Below are positions 44,261 through 46,072 of a stretch of DNA of 46,072 nt, piece by piece (the first letter of the stretch is position 1; each line of letters starts with the position of its first letter). Source of the stretch: a virus (taxonomy: Duplodnaviria; Heunggongvirae; Uroviricota; Caudoviricetes); the IMG/VR virus record IMGVR_UViG_3300042894_006602; one strand, 5' to 3'. The notes below the pieces were generated by a model. The model had not been told where the DNA came from. It made no database searches and saw only the letters and a list, made by a program, of their open reading frames with translations. The position numbers and the translations under genes were made by a program.

Positions 44261-45210
44261 TAGTCAATAGTTCTTTTTGGCACCAGTGTATATCCGGTAT
44301 TTTTGGATGTAAATGGTAATCTTTTAATCACTTTAAATGTGGATAATCTACTTAATGGTATGTTTTCAAGTTCTCCAGATTTATCACTAAGTATTCCACA
44401 ATGGTATATTTTGCCTTCTTTTTTATCAGACCAATCGAAATATATGTAATATATTTTTTTTGATTGTTCGTCATAGGCAATATCACCAGACATTGGTGAT
44501 AAATCTTTATTCTTAATGATTAATCTTTTGAGATGTTCTGGATCAAAATTTCTGAGGGATTGAGGATTTGATTCTTTCCAGAATTTAAACCATCTACCTA
44601 ATTTTGATTCTAATTCAGGATCGACTTGGAGATAATCTTTTGATACAAATTTAGTTGATACAAAGTTTTTTACTACTAAATCAAAGTCACCTTTAAAATT
44701 CTTATCAAAAACTAAAACAGATTGATCAGCAAGTAAAGAAATAAAATCATTATCTTGAATAATTTTAGACCAAAGTTTTTTCGCTGCTACTTTAGCAACT
44801 TGATTACTTGAACCATATCCTAAATGCTTTATGAATTGTTTGTAAATAATTAAACCAAGACCAGAACCTTTTGATTCAGGTGGTATTCCAGGAACAAAAT
44901 GTAATCTATTATTATGATATTTAACTCTTGATATAATTAAGTATTGTTTATCGTGATCAGTTTCTTTACTATAATCACCTAAAAAAGGATATTTTTTGAC
45001 AATATCATCAGGTAATATAACTCTGTATAATTCTTCAGTATCTTCTTGTTTAAATAATTCAAAATTAATTTTGATATCTTTTACATCATTTGGATTAACA
45101 ACCGGTGCCTCTGAAAAATTACCTTTAGGTGATTTAGGTATGCTTAACCAAGAATCTTCATTCGGTGTTATTGCCTCAATAGTAAAATCTAAATACCTTT
45201 TAATTCTCAT
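44260..45210 (-). CDS. Leader-bearing protein (MRIKRYLDFTIE) with a GNAT-like acetyltransferase motif
   Basis: LHFVPGIPPESKGSGLGLIIYKQF...GSS...AAKKLWSKI (acetyl-CoA-binding xxGxG motif). Confidence 0.6.
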   Translation of the reverse strand: MRIKRYLDFTIEAITPNEDSWLSIPKSPKGNFSEAPVVNPNDVKDIKINFELFKQEDTEELYRVILPDDIVKKYPFLGDYSKETDHDKQYLIISRVKYHNNRLHFVPGIPPESKGSGLGLIIYKQFIKHLGYGSSNQVAKVAAKKLWSKIIQDNDFISLLADQSVLVFDKNFKGDFDLVVKNFVSTKFVSKDYLQVDPELESKLGRWFKFWKESNPQSLRNFDPEHLKRLIIKNKDLSPMSGDIAYDEQSKKIYYIYFDWSDKKEGKIYHCGILSDKSGELENIPLSRLSTFKVIKRLPFTSKNTGYTLVPKRTID

Positions 45211-45215
45211 AACAC

Positions 45216-45225
45216 TATATATAAA
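45216..45225 (-). promoter_or_regulatory. TTTATATATA motif 5 nt upstream of the first gene of the leader-protein operon
   Basis: Same motif and spacing as upstream of other leader-bearing genes. It directly follows a terminator. Confidence 0.5.
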
Positions 45226-45250
45226 AAAAGAGAGGTTAAAAACCTCTCTT
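45223..45250 (-). terminator. Intrinsic terminator after the RNA ligase gene
   Basis: AAGAGAGGTT-AAA-AACCTCTCTT perfect stem, with a T-tract on the minus strand. Confidence 0.85.
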
Positions 45251-46072
45251 AATTATCTTCTAATTCATCTGGTTCATTAAAAAACAATCCAGAATCTTTT
45301 GATTGTAACCATTCTCTGGCTATTTCTAATCTCTTAGTTTTGTCTCTTATACTCTCAACAGCTAAGTTATAAGGCTGACATTTTTCAATCGATTTTTCCC
45401 AATCTTCAACTGAATCATAGTATTCTAAAACTTGTTCTTTAGACATTGACTTTAACTTCTCAGTTTTATCCAAACTCATAACAAAATGAAAGTTAGTATT
45501 TCCAACTCTATGATTGATAGCATAATCTCTTTTATCAGAACCTGACTTAACAAATTCCGAGTAAGCGGATGTCATTTGAGAAACCAATTTATTAATTTCC
45601 ATTTTAACAATTGAAATTATCTTTTGAATTCTTTCGTGTGCTTCTTTTTCATCTTCAGGAATTTGACCTAAGATATCATCTATTTTATCATCTAAGATAT
45701 ATCCAATAATAATATGTTCTCTATAAATATCATTTGTAAGTAGTCCGTGACGTTGGCAATACCAATCAGTTTTTATTTTAACCATATGGTCGTTATCAAA
45801 TTGAACAATCCAACCTTCTCTTTCTGCTTCAGTTTTAGACTTTTCAATTAAACCATCTAAAGTATCATCATCCTCAAAAGGAGCAATTTTAATTGAACCA
45901 ATCTTATCTAAATGGTCTTTGATATCGATATGTTTTCCGGTCTTGTTATCTCTTAGTCTTAAAAGTATCAACTCTTCTTGTGAGTATCTTAAAACTATAC
46001 GGTTGTGGGGTGCGACATACTCAAATATTGGAACAATATCATTATTCAAAGCCCAATCAACAAAAGAATTTA
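45249..46072 (-). CDS. T4 Rnl1-type RNA ligase, 5' end outside the window
   Basis: The frame stays open to the window edge (..NSFVDWALNNDIV). Motifs FEYVAPHNRIVLRY, EGWIV, MVKIKTDWY. Confidence 0.85.
   Translation of the reverse strand, partial: NSFVDWALNNDIVPIFEYVAPHNRIVLRYSQEELILLRLRDNKTGKHIDIKDHLDKIGSIKIAPFEDDDTLDGLIEKSKTEAEREGWIVQFDNDHMVKIKTDWYCQRHGLLTNDIYREHIIIGYILDDKIDDILGQIPEDEKEAHERIQKIISIVKMEINKLVSQMTSAYSEFVKSGSDKRDYAINHRVGNTNFHFVMSLDKTEKLKSMSKEQVLEYYDSVEDWEKSIEKCQPYNLAVESIRDKTKRLEIAREWLQSKDSGLFFNEPDELEDN

Noticed and set aside
8701-45280. Small opposite-strand or nested ORFs (e.g. 8701, 8759, 9881, 10313, 11560, 11681, 13266, 13646, 17714, 18250, 19295, 23009, 25246, 29000, 30370, 31090, 32313, 33467, 34502, 35713, 38066, 40132, 43938, 44996)
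   Set aside because: They overlap well-supported genes, have no recognisable motifs and lack upstream signals.
1-46072. Stop-codon reassignment, as seen in some huge Bacteroidota phages
   Set aside because: Conserved genes are full length in code 11. TAG and TGA both terminate genes at expected ends with tightly packed neighbours (e.g. 17519, 24647, 27251, 30122, 33247).

Overview
AT-rich, densely coding 46 kb segment that reads as part of a large T4-superfamily (jumbo/huge) phage genome in the standard genetic code. Phage evidence: T4 gp52-like and gp39/60-like topoisomerase II subunits, a T4 RNase H-like 5'-3' exonuclease, an Rnl1-type RNA ligase, an amidase endolysin and two giant Gly-X-Y (GTS-repeat) fibre-like proteins. 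A Bacteroidota host is inferred from a T9SS-type secreted GEVED protein and TAnnTTTG promoter elements. Host-like genes include nusG, dnaK, prkA/yeaH/spoVR, a rhomboid protease, uvsE, an HldE-like kinase, an acyl-CoA thioesterase, dCMP deaminase, pterin dehydratase and a DOT1-like methyltransferase. The most striking unexplained structure is a set of about 16 otherwise unrelated proteins, 10 of them in one contiguous operon at 38.7-45.2 kb, that share an N-terminal leader resembling the T4 capsid-targeting sequence. Several carry enzyme-like domains (ART-like x2, papain-like Cys-His-Asp, GNAT, ParB-like, pterin dehydratase), suggesting a cassette of virion-packaged, injected effectors. A second set of small proteins shares a C-terminal R-x-x-K-I-x-x-I-(I/L/F) motif. 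No tRNA, rRNA, CRISPR array or transposase was seen. All family assignments come from motif recognition by eye, with no database searches.
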